DNA of 64,000 nt from Squalus acanthias (Eukaryota): the NCBI GenBank assembly GCA_030390025.1, contig CM059432.1:121646001-121710000 (forward strand), read 5' to 3'. Both the position numbers and the translations under genes were made by a program. Positions 27,551-36,833 of the stretch are shown piece after piece. The notes under the pieces are model-generated. The model was not told the DNA's origin and did no database searches. It saw nothing but the letters and a program-made list of their open reading frames with translations. The stretch's first letter is position 1, and each line of letters begins with the position of its first letter.

Positions 27551-28856
27551 CTGTTTCTCTCTCCACGGATGCTGCCTGGCCTGCTGAGTATTTCCAGCTT
27601 TTTCTGTTGCCTCAGACACTGCTGTTCTTTCAAAGCCAAAAAATATGTCCTTTACAAGTCTAAGATTTGAGCTGAGCAAATGGTTCAGATCCATTCCTTC
27701 TACTGTAATCTATTTGCTGCCAAAACAAAGATTCCATCCCAATGACCTTTCTGAATAGTCCAAGAACCTGCTGGAGGCAGAAACACTGTAAAACTTTACT
27801 TCTAAGGTCATATTTCTGGCTTATTTTGGGCTGAAGTGTACCTCTATCATTACTGAGGGAGAAAAAATATCAGTTTTCTACCTGAATACTAAGGCCGCAT
27901 CCTAACTCCCTGAACTAATGTGAAAAAGTGACTCTTTAACATTACTTTTGGTTTCACCAATTCTCCCAATTCCTGCTCAATGTTCAATTTCTTGTTTTCC
28001 TCCTACTGACAGACATTCTTGGGCCTTGGACGAAACCTTGGGCCTTCCCTGCTCCAGGCTTCCCTCCTCCAACCATGATGCTCTCCTGACCCTTCCTCTA
28101 AGGACTTACCTGACTTCCAGGGGCAGTTCCTCTGGGTCCCCGGTGGTGGCCTCATGAGGCCCCAAATCCCGTTGATGCCCGTCGACCAGCTAGCGCTTCC
28201 CGCCATCGGGCAGGTGACTGACAGAAGATGAGGCCTGACAGTTAAAATCCATGCCTAATGCTGCGGAGGGTCGGATGGTTTCCCATCTGCCCAGGCCTCT
28301 ACCTGCACGACCCCTTCTGGGAGTTAAAATCAGGGCTTAAATTGTTCACTAAATAGCTTTTTGCTGAACTGCTATAGTGCACCCTTCCTCTTTACCCCAA
28401 AACCAGATGCACACTTTCCATTTTAGGCACAGTTAAAGATAATACTGCTACAAATCTGGAACAAGATCCCAGAAAGTTGCTCTACCATCTCAGTCTTGCA
28501 ACTCCACAGAGTGGTTGTGGGATACACATGTGGGGAGTGATGCCACAATTATACCTAATTCGAAAAAAAGTGAGGCTCAGGCCTCTTTGGAAATGAAGAT
28601 TGCTGAAGAGTGCAAGGAAGAATTAGATTCGCTTCAGCATGATGTAATATCTGGTCACTTTCACAGTTAAAGTGGCCACAAACAACTAAGGTGGCCACTA
28701 ACAACAATTGAGAGAACTACATTTCAGTAAAATAAATATAAAGCCCCCAGGCTGACAGCCAATAGAGATTTTGGAAAGCAAGAAGCTGAGATCTGTGGGA
28801 AACAATAACTGGAGGGGTTGAAAAAAATCAATTTGGACATGTTAAGCTTCAACAAG

Positions 28857-30527
28857 TGTAAGGGGTGAGACCTGTGGCTCTGTGCTTAGCCTGGGTGCTA
28901 GTGCGAGGTTAGGCCTTGTTGCCTGTTCTGGTCTCCAGCCAGCCTGGTAACACTAGACACCTGTGAGTGGTTCGACCCACTCGCCCTTACAGTTCTGACA
29001 CTGGACTTAGGTGCGAGAGCAATAATGCAGAGAAAACTCAGGTAGACCCGGTGAATAGTGCGAAATGGAAAATCTTTATTGCATATTATTCAAGATTACG
29101 AAATACATGTCATGAGCACAGATTAATGACAGTACAATCTTACACGCAGTTATGTAACTAATTTTAGGGAAACGAGGAGCGCACGACACATCGTAAAAGG
29201 GGGCACACATTACAATTATCCTTAAAACTCAAACCCTCCCCTATCAATACCTGTCCTAAACTAGATTTGTAGGATCGAGACTCATGCTCACCACTCGTGA
29301 TAACTCGGAGAATTCCGAAACTCTGCTCGGATGTTTTTCCTGCAGCACCTGACCACCCACGTGTTGATCAGGGGTCTCTGTACCCCACTTGTTTACTCGT
29401 TTCTGCTCCGGCTAGCAGGCTGGACCGTCTGCTGTCATGAAGATCTGTGTTGTCCTCGGAGTTCTGACACGACTCAAAAAATAGTCTTCCTGTGCCCTCA
29501 CCAGTTTGTAAAACTCAAAGAATGGTCTTCCTGGGCAAGGAAGTGTTTATTCGACTTACAGGCGCGGTCGGGGCTTACTGACCGTGGCGATACGTATTGT
29601 CGTCTTCTTCTCTTCTCATCTCATCTCATCTCATCTCATCTCATCTCATCTCGGGCCTTCGGTTCCAACACCGTTTACCGACTTCTCGGGATGGTGTGCC
29701 CGCTTCAAGGCTTCACAGCCCAGTTCTTCACAGATCTTCGCGGCAAGCCACGAGGTTGATCCTGGCGGATCAGAAAGTTCAATAGTCTTCCAGCAAGTCA
29801 AACAGCAAGAGGCAGAGGCACGAGGCAAGCGGCAAGGAGTCAGGCGGCAAGAGCAAGAGTCAAGAGGCAAGAGCAAGAGTCAAGAGGCAAGAGACAGATG
29901 GACGGTTGTACCTTACAGTTATAGTGCTGTAATTCCTCTTTTCCCGCCCAATCTTAATGTCTTTCTTTTGTCAGGGTTTTGGCGCTCAAACTTCTTATAT
30001 AGGGTGATCTGCGTTTTTAATGGGTTTCGGTGATACTTGTAACTGTCTGAGTACCCGTTAATACTTCTCCCATTGTGGAACCGGTCAGTATTCTCCCTGG
30101 AGGGGTTTTGGGGCTTCCAAATGTTTTCTGTAACTACCCGCAAACGGCTCTCTCATCGTAGAGTCGTGGGGATTTTGCATATTAATGTCTTTGGATGGGT
30201 TCTTGATCGCTCGGTACAATAGACCTTATTCGCACCTGGGAGACCGATTCCAGTATTTATGTGTAAAATGCAAACCCATTATGTCTTGTCAATTATCTCA
30301 AATGTGCTGAGTCCTGTACGATCTTGCACAAATGTTTATTGGAACGCCATCTTGTCTGCTCATTGAAAGTCTGGAACGTTCTGCCACGAGGCGTGGCGGC
30401 CATTTTACAGGCTGTTTGTGTCCACTTTGAAAAACCTGACAGCATTCTGCTGAAATAAAGCTGTTTGTACGAAACTATATGTCTCCTTCTTATTTTATAA
30501 AATCGTGATAATTTTGCGAATTCTACA
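28857..30527 (-). repeat. 3' LTR of copy C
   Basis: Termini TGTAAGGGG..GAATTCTACA; PPT at 30528-30538 on minus strand. Confidence 0.95.
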
Positions 30528-30976
30528 GTCCCTCCTGTTGATGCGAATAACTCCGCTTATCGTATCAAAAATATTGTGGTGAGCAATATTATCTCGATTC
30601 TCCACATCTAGAAATTCCCATAACTTAAAACTATCTAGGGTCTCTGTGTCGTCCTTATTTCCCAAGAAAAACTACATTCTTATAACACCGCAGGCAGCAT
30701 TTGCCTTAAACTTACACCACTTGTTTTTCCTTCCAGGTGTAACCAGGCCGATGCCTCTCGCACCACCTGCATATGCATATTTTTTATTCAAGGAAAAAGA
30801 AAACAACAAAAAAAAAAAAACAATCATATTCAACAACACCAAACAAAAATAATCAAAACCAACTCTTAAACATGTAGAGTTCCAAACTTAATTACAGTTT
30901 CTGAGAAAAAAATCACGATCGATTACAACACTTCCGAGGCGCACGTGGAAGACGGGAGTGACGCCATTTTGTCTGT

Positions 30977-33328
30977 TTACACGGTGCTTTCATCGTGCAC
31001 GCGCACGTAACGTTCTCGCCACTCTCCCGTGTTTTCGTTCTTGGTGAGACGTTTGCCTCTCTTACAATGCACGACCAATAAGTATATCACAATAAACACT
31101 TGGCATACAACTAAAATGTGGGAGGCTATTCTAATCCAGGAAGGCACTTCAATGTTGGTGAACAGATTCCACCACGGTGGGATTACTATGTCCAGAATTT
31201 CTGTCCCTATCTCGACAGTCTTTTGTTCTAGGGTGTAAAAATGATTTTGCGATACCGCGACGGCTTTCAAAAGCTTGGTGAGGTGTTCAGGGAGAGGGGG
31301 AATGAGGTATCCGAAATGCGCGACGAATCGCTGCAGGTCGGTGAAGTTCTCTTTTACGGTAAGATGAACCGTGGATGGTTCAGGGATTGGGACAATTCGC
31401 TGTTGTGCTACTTGAACTTCCGCCCTGGGTTTGAAACAGAAACTGCTGTCACTCACCGGACACCAGCTACGGTTTCCATGTTGGTAGTGTTGCGCTGCAG
31501 TGGTAACACAATATGTTCCACCCCCGATGTATGCTACCTGCGGAGGCACATGATCTTGTGCCATTGCCTCCATGGTGCAATTCATGGGCTTGGCACCAGC
31601 CGTTCTGAACCCGCACTGTGGTGTTAAAAAGGCATTCAAGTGCTGGGGACACAGTATTATGTGTGCTCCCCGGCCACGACAACCAGAGAGATCTGTACCT
31701 GTCATCGTTTGCTCCCAGCGGATGACGTAAGGTGGAACCGCTGCATAGCGAATGTGGGCTCCCCCCTGAATGACACCAATGTTCTCTACCCGATACACCG
31801 GGGCGGGCTTTGTTGTGTCGCCCAAAACCAGCATACGTAATACTATACCCATGATAGTATGGTTTGATCGTCCGCAGTCCACGGGGACTGGGTATGCTTC
31901 TGAAGCTAGTCTGAGCTGGCACGGGTTTAATGCGTTCTGAAAAGGGTGGAGCGCCTGCAGGTGTTTGTTACTTATCCAGGACGGGACCAAACCTTGTTTT
32001 AAATCCTCCAAATTACTGCGGCCCTCGCCCAGTAACCACGCCCCGTAAAGCACGCACACCTCATTCTGCGCAGCCTGATCGGACGCATTCCGATCTTCCC
32101 TAATCAGGGCATTTACCGTACGCGCATGTTTCTCTAGTTCAGCTATTATTTCTTTTAAATGGAGAGTCATGGCCTGGTCCTCATGTAACCCAGACTCAAC
32201 CACCTTATTTTCATCTGTGAGAATGCTTTTTAATTGCGTTTTTAAGCCATTAATCTGGGTCTGCAGCTCCACGCTGTCTAGAGCGTTGACCACAGATATA
32301 CCTGTATTGAAAGCAGTGAACACGTCGTTCACAACACCCCTTCTTTGTCTCCCCACCTGATCCAAAACTTCATGTGGTGCGGTGTACAAACTTGTTTTAT
32401 CAATTTCCGCGAAATCGAACTCATAAAATTGTCTAAACATCTTGGTCAACAGGACCTGATATAACTGTTCCGTCTTTTTGGGGCACCACTCTGGTAACCG
32501 CACCTCGGTGAGATTTAAAATCACCGAGGCCACCGCGTAATGTACCCCCTGAAATAGTATCTGGTCTGTGGGGACCAGTACCAAACCATTCCCGGGTCCC
32601 TTACTGGTTTTAGGGCACCCTTCTTCCTTAGCTAGAACCACCGGAATCATGGGCGGGGCTTTGCGTGGGCGCGTAATGAGTTCAGTGGCATTTACCGGGA
32701 TCGGGGAGTATGGGGCTCCGCAACCCCTGGTGTTCGCATCCCACCTCATCCCCTGTCCGTTATCCTGCCATTGATTGATGAAAAATATGGAGATGCCTTT
32801 GGGGCAAACGTACTTTGACCCCCACATACATACATAAATTCCCTCATCCGGTTCCCACCATTTGTTCCAACAGACTCTCACTTGTCCGTTTGTCCCCGTA
32901 ATTGTCCGATGGGTATTATTACCCAGTCGCTCCCACTCGACCGAAGAGTTCCTCATATTTTTGCTCAGCTTTCGTAGCCACCACCATCGGCTCAATGGGA
33001 CATTCCCATTACAAGTCAAACAAATTCGTTTGCCGACGGTGACGCTGACTCTGGGTGCGATGATCCTTACTTTGGGGCACATTAAAGAAGTCTCTTTGTA
33101 GGCAAAACCCAATGTACTGGAATACTCAGTTGAATTCGTTCCCAGCCATCCTGGCCACCTTCCCTTGTGGAAACAGGTGGTGGTCTCCTCGGCCTCTCGC
33201 CTTCCGGTCCCATCCACCGCGATGGGGGCCGTGTCCCCGGAGCATCCAAACACCACGACATCCTTGGTGTGGCCTCGATAGGCCAATCCACATCCGATTG
33301 CCGCGAGCAATGCTAGAATTCGTTCCAT
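30977..33328 (-). CDS. env: Intact env of copy C, 783 aa: signal peptide, Ig-like domain, furin site, F-like ectodomain, TM, short tail
   Basis: ATG at 33328 gives MERILALLAAIGCGLA; RQRR/GVV at 32339-32350; TM ILVVCQVFIVIYLLVV; no stops. Confidence 0.92.
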   Translation of the reverse strand: MERILALLAAIGCGLAYRGHTKDVVVFGCSGDTAPIAVDGTGRREAEETTTCFHKGRWPGWLGTNSTEYSSTLGFAYKETSLMCPKVRIIAPRVSVTVGKRICLTCNGNVPLSRWWWLRKLSKNMRNSSVEWERLGNNTHRTITGTNGQVRVCWNKWWEPDEGIYVCMWGSKYVCPKGISIFFINQWQDNGQGMRWDANTRGCGAPYSPIPVNATELITRPRKAPPMIPVVLAKEEGCPKTSKGPGNGLVLVPTDQILFQGVHYAVASVILNLTEVRLPEWCPKKTEQLYQVLLTKMFRQFYEFDFAEIDKTSLYTAPHEVLDQVGRQRRGVVNDVFTAFNTGISVVNALDSVELQTQINGLKTQLKSILTDENKVVESGLHEDQAMTLHLKEIIAELEKHARTVNALIREDRNASDQAAQNEVCVLYGAWLLGEGRSNLEDLKQGLVPSWISNKHLQALHPFQNALNPCQLRLASEAYPVPVDCGRSNHTIMGIVLRMLVLGDTTKPAPVYRVENIGVIQGGAHIRYAAVPPYVIRWEQTMTGTDLSGCRGRGAHIILCPQHLNAFLTPQCGFRTAGAKPMNCTMEAMAQDHVPPQVAYIGGGTYCVTTAAQHYQHGNRSWCPVSDSSFCFKPRAEVQVAQQRIVPIPEPSTVHLTVKENFTDLQRFVAHFGYLIPPLPEHLTKLLKAVAVSQNHFYTLEQKTVEIGTEILDIVIPPWWNLFTNIEVPSWIRIASHILVVCQVFIVIYLLVVHCKRGKRLTKNENTGEWRERYVRVHDESTV

Positions 33329-33941
33329 CCTTCCTTGGTTCCTGTGATCAGATAGAATGAGGTACTGTAGAATTCGCAATATATCGCGATTTTATTAATA
33401 AGGAGAAAACACAGAGTTTCGTTCAAACAGCTTTTATTTCAGCAGAATGCTGACAGGTTTAAAGTGGACACAAGCAGCCTGTAAAATGGCCGCCGCACCT
33501 CGTGACAGAACATTCTAGACTTTTCAACAGGCAGACAAGATGGCGTTCCAATAAACATTTGTGCAAGATCGATTAAGATTCAGCACAGTGAAGATAATAC
33601 ACGAGACATTATGGGTTTGCAGTATACACATAAATACTGAAATCGGTCTCCCAGGTACAAAGGAAAGCCATTGTACCGAGTAATCAAGGGCCCATCCAAA
33701 AGACATTAATATGTAAAATCTCAACGACTCTACGATGAGAGAGCCGTTAGCAGGTAGTTATACAGGACACTTGGAAGCCCCAAAACCCCTCCAGGGAGAA
33801 CACCGACCGATTTAACAATGGGAGAAATATTAACAGGTACTCAGACATTTACGAGTAGCCCCGAAACCCATTAAGCACGGAGATCACCCATACAAGACAT
33901 TTGAGCGCCAGACCCTAAACAAAAGAATGGACATTATAGTT

Positions 33942-33995
33942 GGGCGGGAAACGGAAGATTTTGCACTATAATTGCAGGCTCCAAACCGTCCATCT
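33942..33995 (+). promoter_or_regulatory. Candidate LTR core promoter (GC box, TATAA, Inr-like)
   Basis: GGGCGGG 33942-48, TATAA 33967-71, TCCATCT ~33989; similar arrangement in the other LTR subfamilies. Confidence 0.5.
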
Positions 33996-34761
33996 TTCTC
34001 TTATCCGATCGACTCTTATCATCGTGGCTGCTCCTGTGCTCTTGTTTTCGTAACCTCGTGGCTGCTCCTGTGTACTCGTAGTTGGGCTCGCTCCTGCTTG
34101 CCTGTTGCCTCTTTTGAAAAGGACTGTTGAACTTTCTGATCCGTTTGGATCTACCTCGTGTCGCGTAACGAAGACCTATATTGGTAACCGGTATCGGAAC
34201 CAAAAGGCCCGAGAAGAGATGAGATGAGATGAGATGGGAAGAGACGAAGACCATACTTATCGCCACGGTCAGTAAGCCCCGACCGCGCCTGTAGGTCGAA
34301 TTGACATTTTCCTTGCCAGGAAGACTTCTTCGAAAGAACGGACACCGGAAAATTCTTTTCTTCAGTATTGACTGGAATGTGAAAACCACCAATACAGATC
34401 TTCATCACAGCAGACGTTCCAGCCTGCTAGCCGGAGCAGCAGAAGCAAGTAAACAAGTGGGACCAGGAGATCTCCTGACCGACACGTGGGTGCTGCGGTG
34501 AAAAACATCCGATCAGCTATTCGGAATTTCTCCGAGTTATCACGAGTGGTGAGCATGAGTCTCGAGATCCTACGAATCTAGTTTAGGATAGATATTGATA
34601 GGGGAGGGTTTAAGGATTAAGGATATTTGTAATGTGTGCCCCTATTTACTATGTGCCGGTCGTTCCTCGTTTCCCTAAGATCGACTATATAACTGTTTGT
34701 AAGATTGTACTGTCATTAATCTGTGCTTATGACATGTATTTCATAATCTTAAGTATCATGC

Positions 34762-34767
34762 AATAAA
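34762..34767 (+). terminator. Candidate polyadenylation signal in LTR
   Basis: ATGCAATAAAGAT conserved across the LTR copies, ~250 nt from the LTR end. Confidence 0.6.
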
Positions 34768-35021
34768 GATTTTCCATTTCGTACCATTCAAACCGAGTCT
34801 ACATGAGTTTCATCTCCATTACTGCTCTCGCATCTAAGTCCAGTGTCTAGAACCGTAAGGGCGAGTGATTCGAACCACTCACAGGTGTGTCTAGTGTTCC
34901 CAGACTGGCTGGAGACCAGAACAGGCAACAAGGCCTAGACCCGCACTGACATACAGGCTGCACAGAGCCGCGTGAATCTCACAGGCTGCGAGACACGCAG
35001 GGTCAGAATCCCTTACAGAAA

Positions 35022-36833
35022 ATGGCGACCGCGGCAGGACACTGGCAGCGAGAGGGTAGTGTGTTAGACTTTGGAATCACTGTACGAAATGTTATGCAGG
35101 AAAAGATAGCAGATTATGTGTTTGGAAAGGTTAATCTAACTAAGAAATGGATAAGTGAATTGTTAGCGGATAAAAGCCCGCTAGAGGCAGCCGAAAGGTG
35201 GACAGATAGTAAAGAACATAGAAAGACACTTGAGAAAGCAGTCTGGCTTATGTGTTACAAAAGGCAGGTTCAGATTTCAAATCAGACCATTACAGCGCTA
35301 GTAGCTCGAATCAGTCATTTAGAGGGAGAAATGGATGAGAAGGTTTCTGGAGGGGAGGTGCTCATTAAGAATTTAAATGAGTTGCACCAAGAAAGCCAGG
35401 AAGTCTCCAGTCACCTTAAAACAAGGATAGATTATCTCGAGTGCCAGGTCACTGAGGCGAAGTTGAATGAGAGCAGGTTAAAGGAAAGATGTAACCGCCA
35501 AGCTGCCCAGATAAGAACTCAAGAAGAGAGCTTAACGGGGGTTAGGGCGGCATATAAGTTGGCCCTTGAGGATAAGTTTCAGGGAGCCGATCATAGCGCC
35601 TGCCAAAAGGAGATAGAGCACCTCAAAAAGGCCGTGAACAATGCGAACGGCATGGTGTGCCTGATCAGTCCGTCAGCACACCAGCCGCTAGTAAGTGAGA
35701 AGTTTAAGAAATCCCCACCAAGTAAAGCAGAAGAAGTAGTAGCCACTGCGCCCTCCGCGCCACCCAGCTATTCGGAAACCTGGGTTAGGGAGGAAGCAAT
35801 GGAAGAAACGAAAGAGCCCATTGAAAAGGAAGTAGGAAAGGGACCGTTGTATCCAGTGACGGGCATTAAAAGGGGCCCAAGCAGAAACGGTGGGGAAGAA
35901 CCGGGGGATCTCCTCGGACAGCTGGTGTTGCCTCACAGTTCACATCAGCTGAGAGCTATGATAAATCACGTACGGAAGCTGACCGAATCAGACGACCCTT
36001 CCGTACATTTCAGAGAAGTTGAGCAAGCCGCAGCCATTAACGGCTGCGACGATGGGGAAACAGCAAAAATGCTGCTGTTCTCACTAGACAGCTCGGTTCT
36101 TCAGTGTCTCTCAGGCGAGAGCAAGAGGGGAACCAAGAGTTATGAGGAATTAAAGAATGAGGTCCTGGAAGTGTTGGGGGCGAACGATGAAGGTCCGTTT
36201 GCTAGAGTGGGACAGACAGTGCAGATGGAGGGAGAACCCCCGAAGGTTTTTGCCGACAGGTTGTGGCCAGTATATGAGCGCAGCTGTCTAGGTGCGCCCG
36301 AGCGCGAAGATGTGGAAGGTTTAGCTTTAACTCATTGGCTTAGGTGCATAATAGCCAACAGTTTACCAGCCGTCAGAGAGCAGGCAAAAGCATGGTTTGA
36401 TCCCAATGACCCCAACATTACGGAAGAGTCGGTCTTGAATCGACTCACGTTAGGATATCGCAATATAAGGGGTATGGCAACACGTCCCCTTAAGGGAAGA
36501 GTACATGAGGTACGACCCGCAGCCCCGTATCAAAGAGAGTGGCATCAGGAGGGTAATCGCGCCCCACAGGCAGGTAATGCTTGTTACGGGTGTGGGAAGA
36601 CAGGGCACTGGCGCAAGCATTGCAGGAACCCTTGGAAGGATTCCAGGGATAAAAATCCCGCGGTCCGAGCCCAGGCGCCTGTCCCGGCTAAGGAAGCTCA
36701 GGCACCCACCCCTCCTGACGAACTCGAAGTAGTGTTAGGAGCCATGCGCAAGCTAATCTTGAATGCGCGTGGACAGGTGGCGGTCGCAACCGGCCCCGTA
36801 GGTGCCGCAGGACCGTCTAATAGTACCCCATGA
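35022..36833 (+). CDS. gag: Gag, 603 aa (coiled-coil, capsid, one CCHC knuckle)
   Basis: MHR-like QMEGEPPKVFADRL; CYGCGKTGHWRKHC; strong Kozak AAAATGG. Confidence 0.95.
   Translation: MATAAGHWQREGSVLDFGITVRNVMQEKIADYVFGKVNLTKKWISELLADKSPLEAAERWTDSKEHRKTLEKAVWLMCYKRQVQISNQTITALVARISHLEGEMDEKVSGGEVLIKNLNELHQESQEVSSHLKTRIDYLECQVTEAKLNESRLKERCNRQAAQIRTQEESLTGVRAAYKLALEDKFQGADHSACQKEIEHLKKAVNNANGMVCLISPSAHQPLVSEKFKKSPPSKAEEVVATAPSAPPSYSETWVREEAMEETKEPIEKEVGKGPLYPVTGIKRGPSRNGGEEPGDLLGQLVLPHSSHQLRAMINHVRKLTESDDPSVHFREVEQAAAINGCDDGETAKMLLFSLDSSVLQCLSGESKRGTKSYEELKNEVLEVLGANDEGPFARVGQTVQMEGEPPKVFADRLWPVYERSCLGAPEREDVEGLALTHWLRCIIANSLPAVREQAKAWFDPNDPNITEESVLNRLTLGYRNIRGMATRPLKGRVHEVRPAAPYQREWHQEGNRAPQAGNACYGCGKTGHWRKHCRNPWKDSRDKNPAVRAQAPVPAKEAQAPTPPDELEVVLGAMRKLILNARGQVAVATGPVGAAGPSNSTP
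35023..35040 (+). promoter_or_regulatory. PBS, tRNA-Arg(UCG) type (TGGCGACCGCGGCAGGAC), overlapping gag codons 1-7
   Basis: 18/18 complement of the recalled vertebrate tRNA-Arg-TCG end ...GUCCUGCCGCGGUCGCCA. Confidence 0.85.

Larger units (their letters stand above)
22599..27606 (-). mobile_element. Penelope-like element, near full length, with direct and inverted pLTRs; interrupted by a solo LTR
   Basis: RT (KPADKG, GVAMG, RYIDD) and GIY-YIG (LIYCIRC..LLYIGET..RF.EH); repeat ~22594-22703 = ~27285-27394; inverted copy ~27399-27609; flanking TTGCCTCAGACACT at 22585-22598 and 27607-27620. Confidence 0.93.
33366..35017 (+). repeat. 5' LTR of copy D
   Basis: TGTAGAATTC..CCCTTACA, followed by PBS. 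Confidence 0.97.

Noticed and set aside
28870..28990. Antisense Pol III unit in U5 (GGTTCGACCC B-box-like)
   Set aside because: Motif is the loop of a hairpin, varies among copies, and lacks a clear A box or terminator
33329..33379. 800-aa env ORF starting at 33379
   Set aside because: The start lies inside copy D's LTR; the signal-peptide ATG is at 33328
33934..34556. Antisense ORFs within LTRs as accessory genes
   Set aside because: Frames change with (GAGAT)n length and are not conserved across LTR subfamilies
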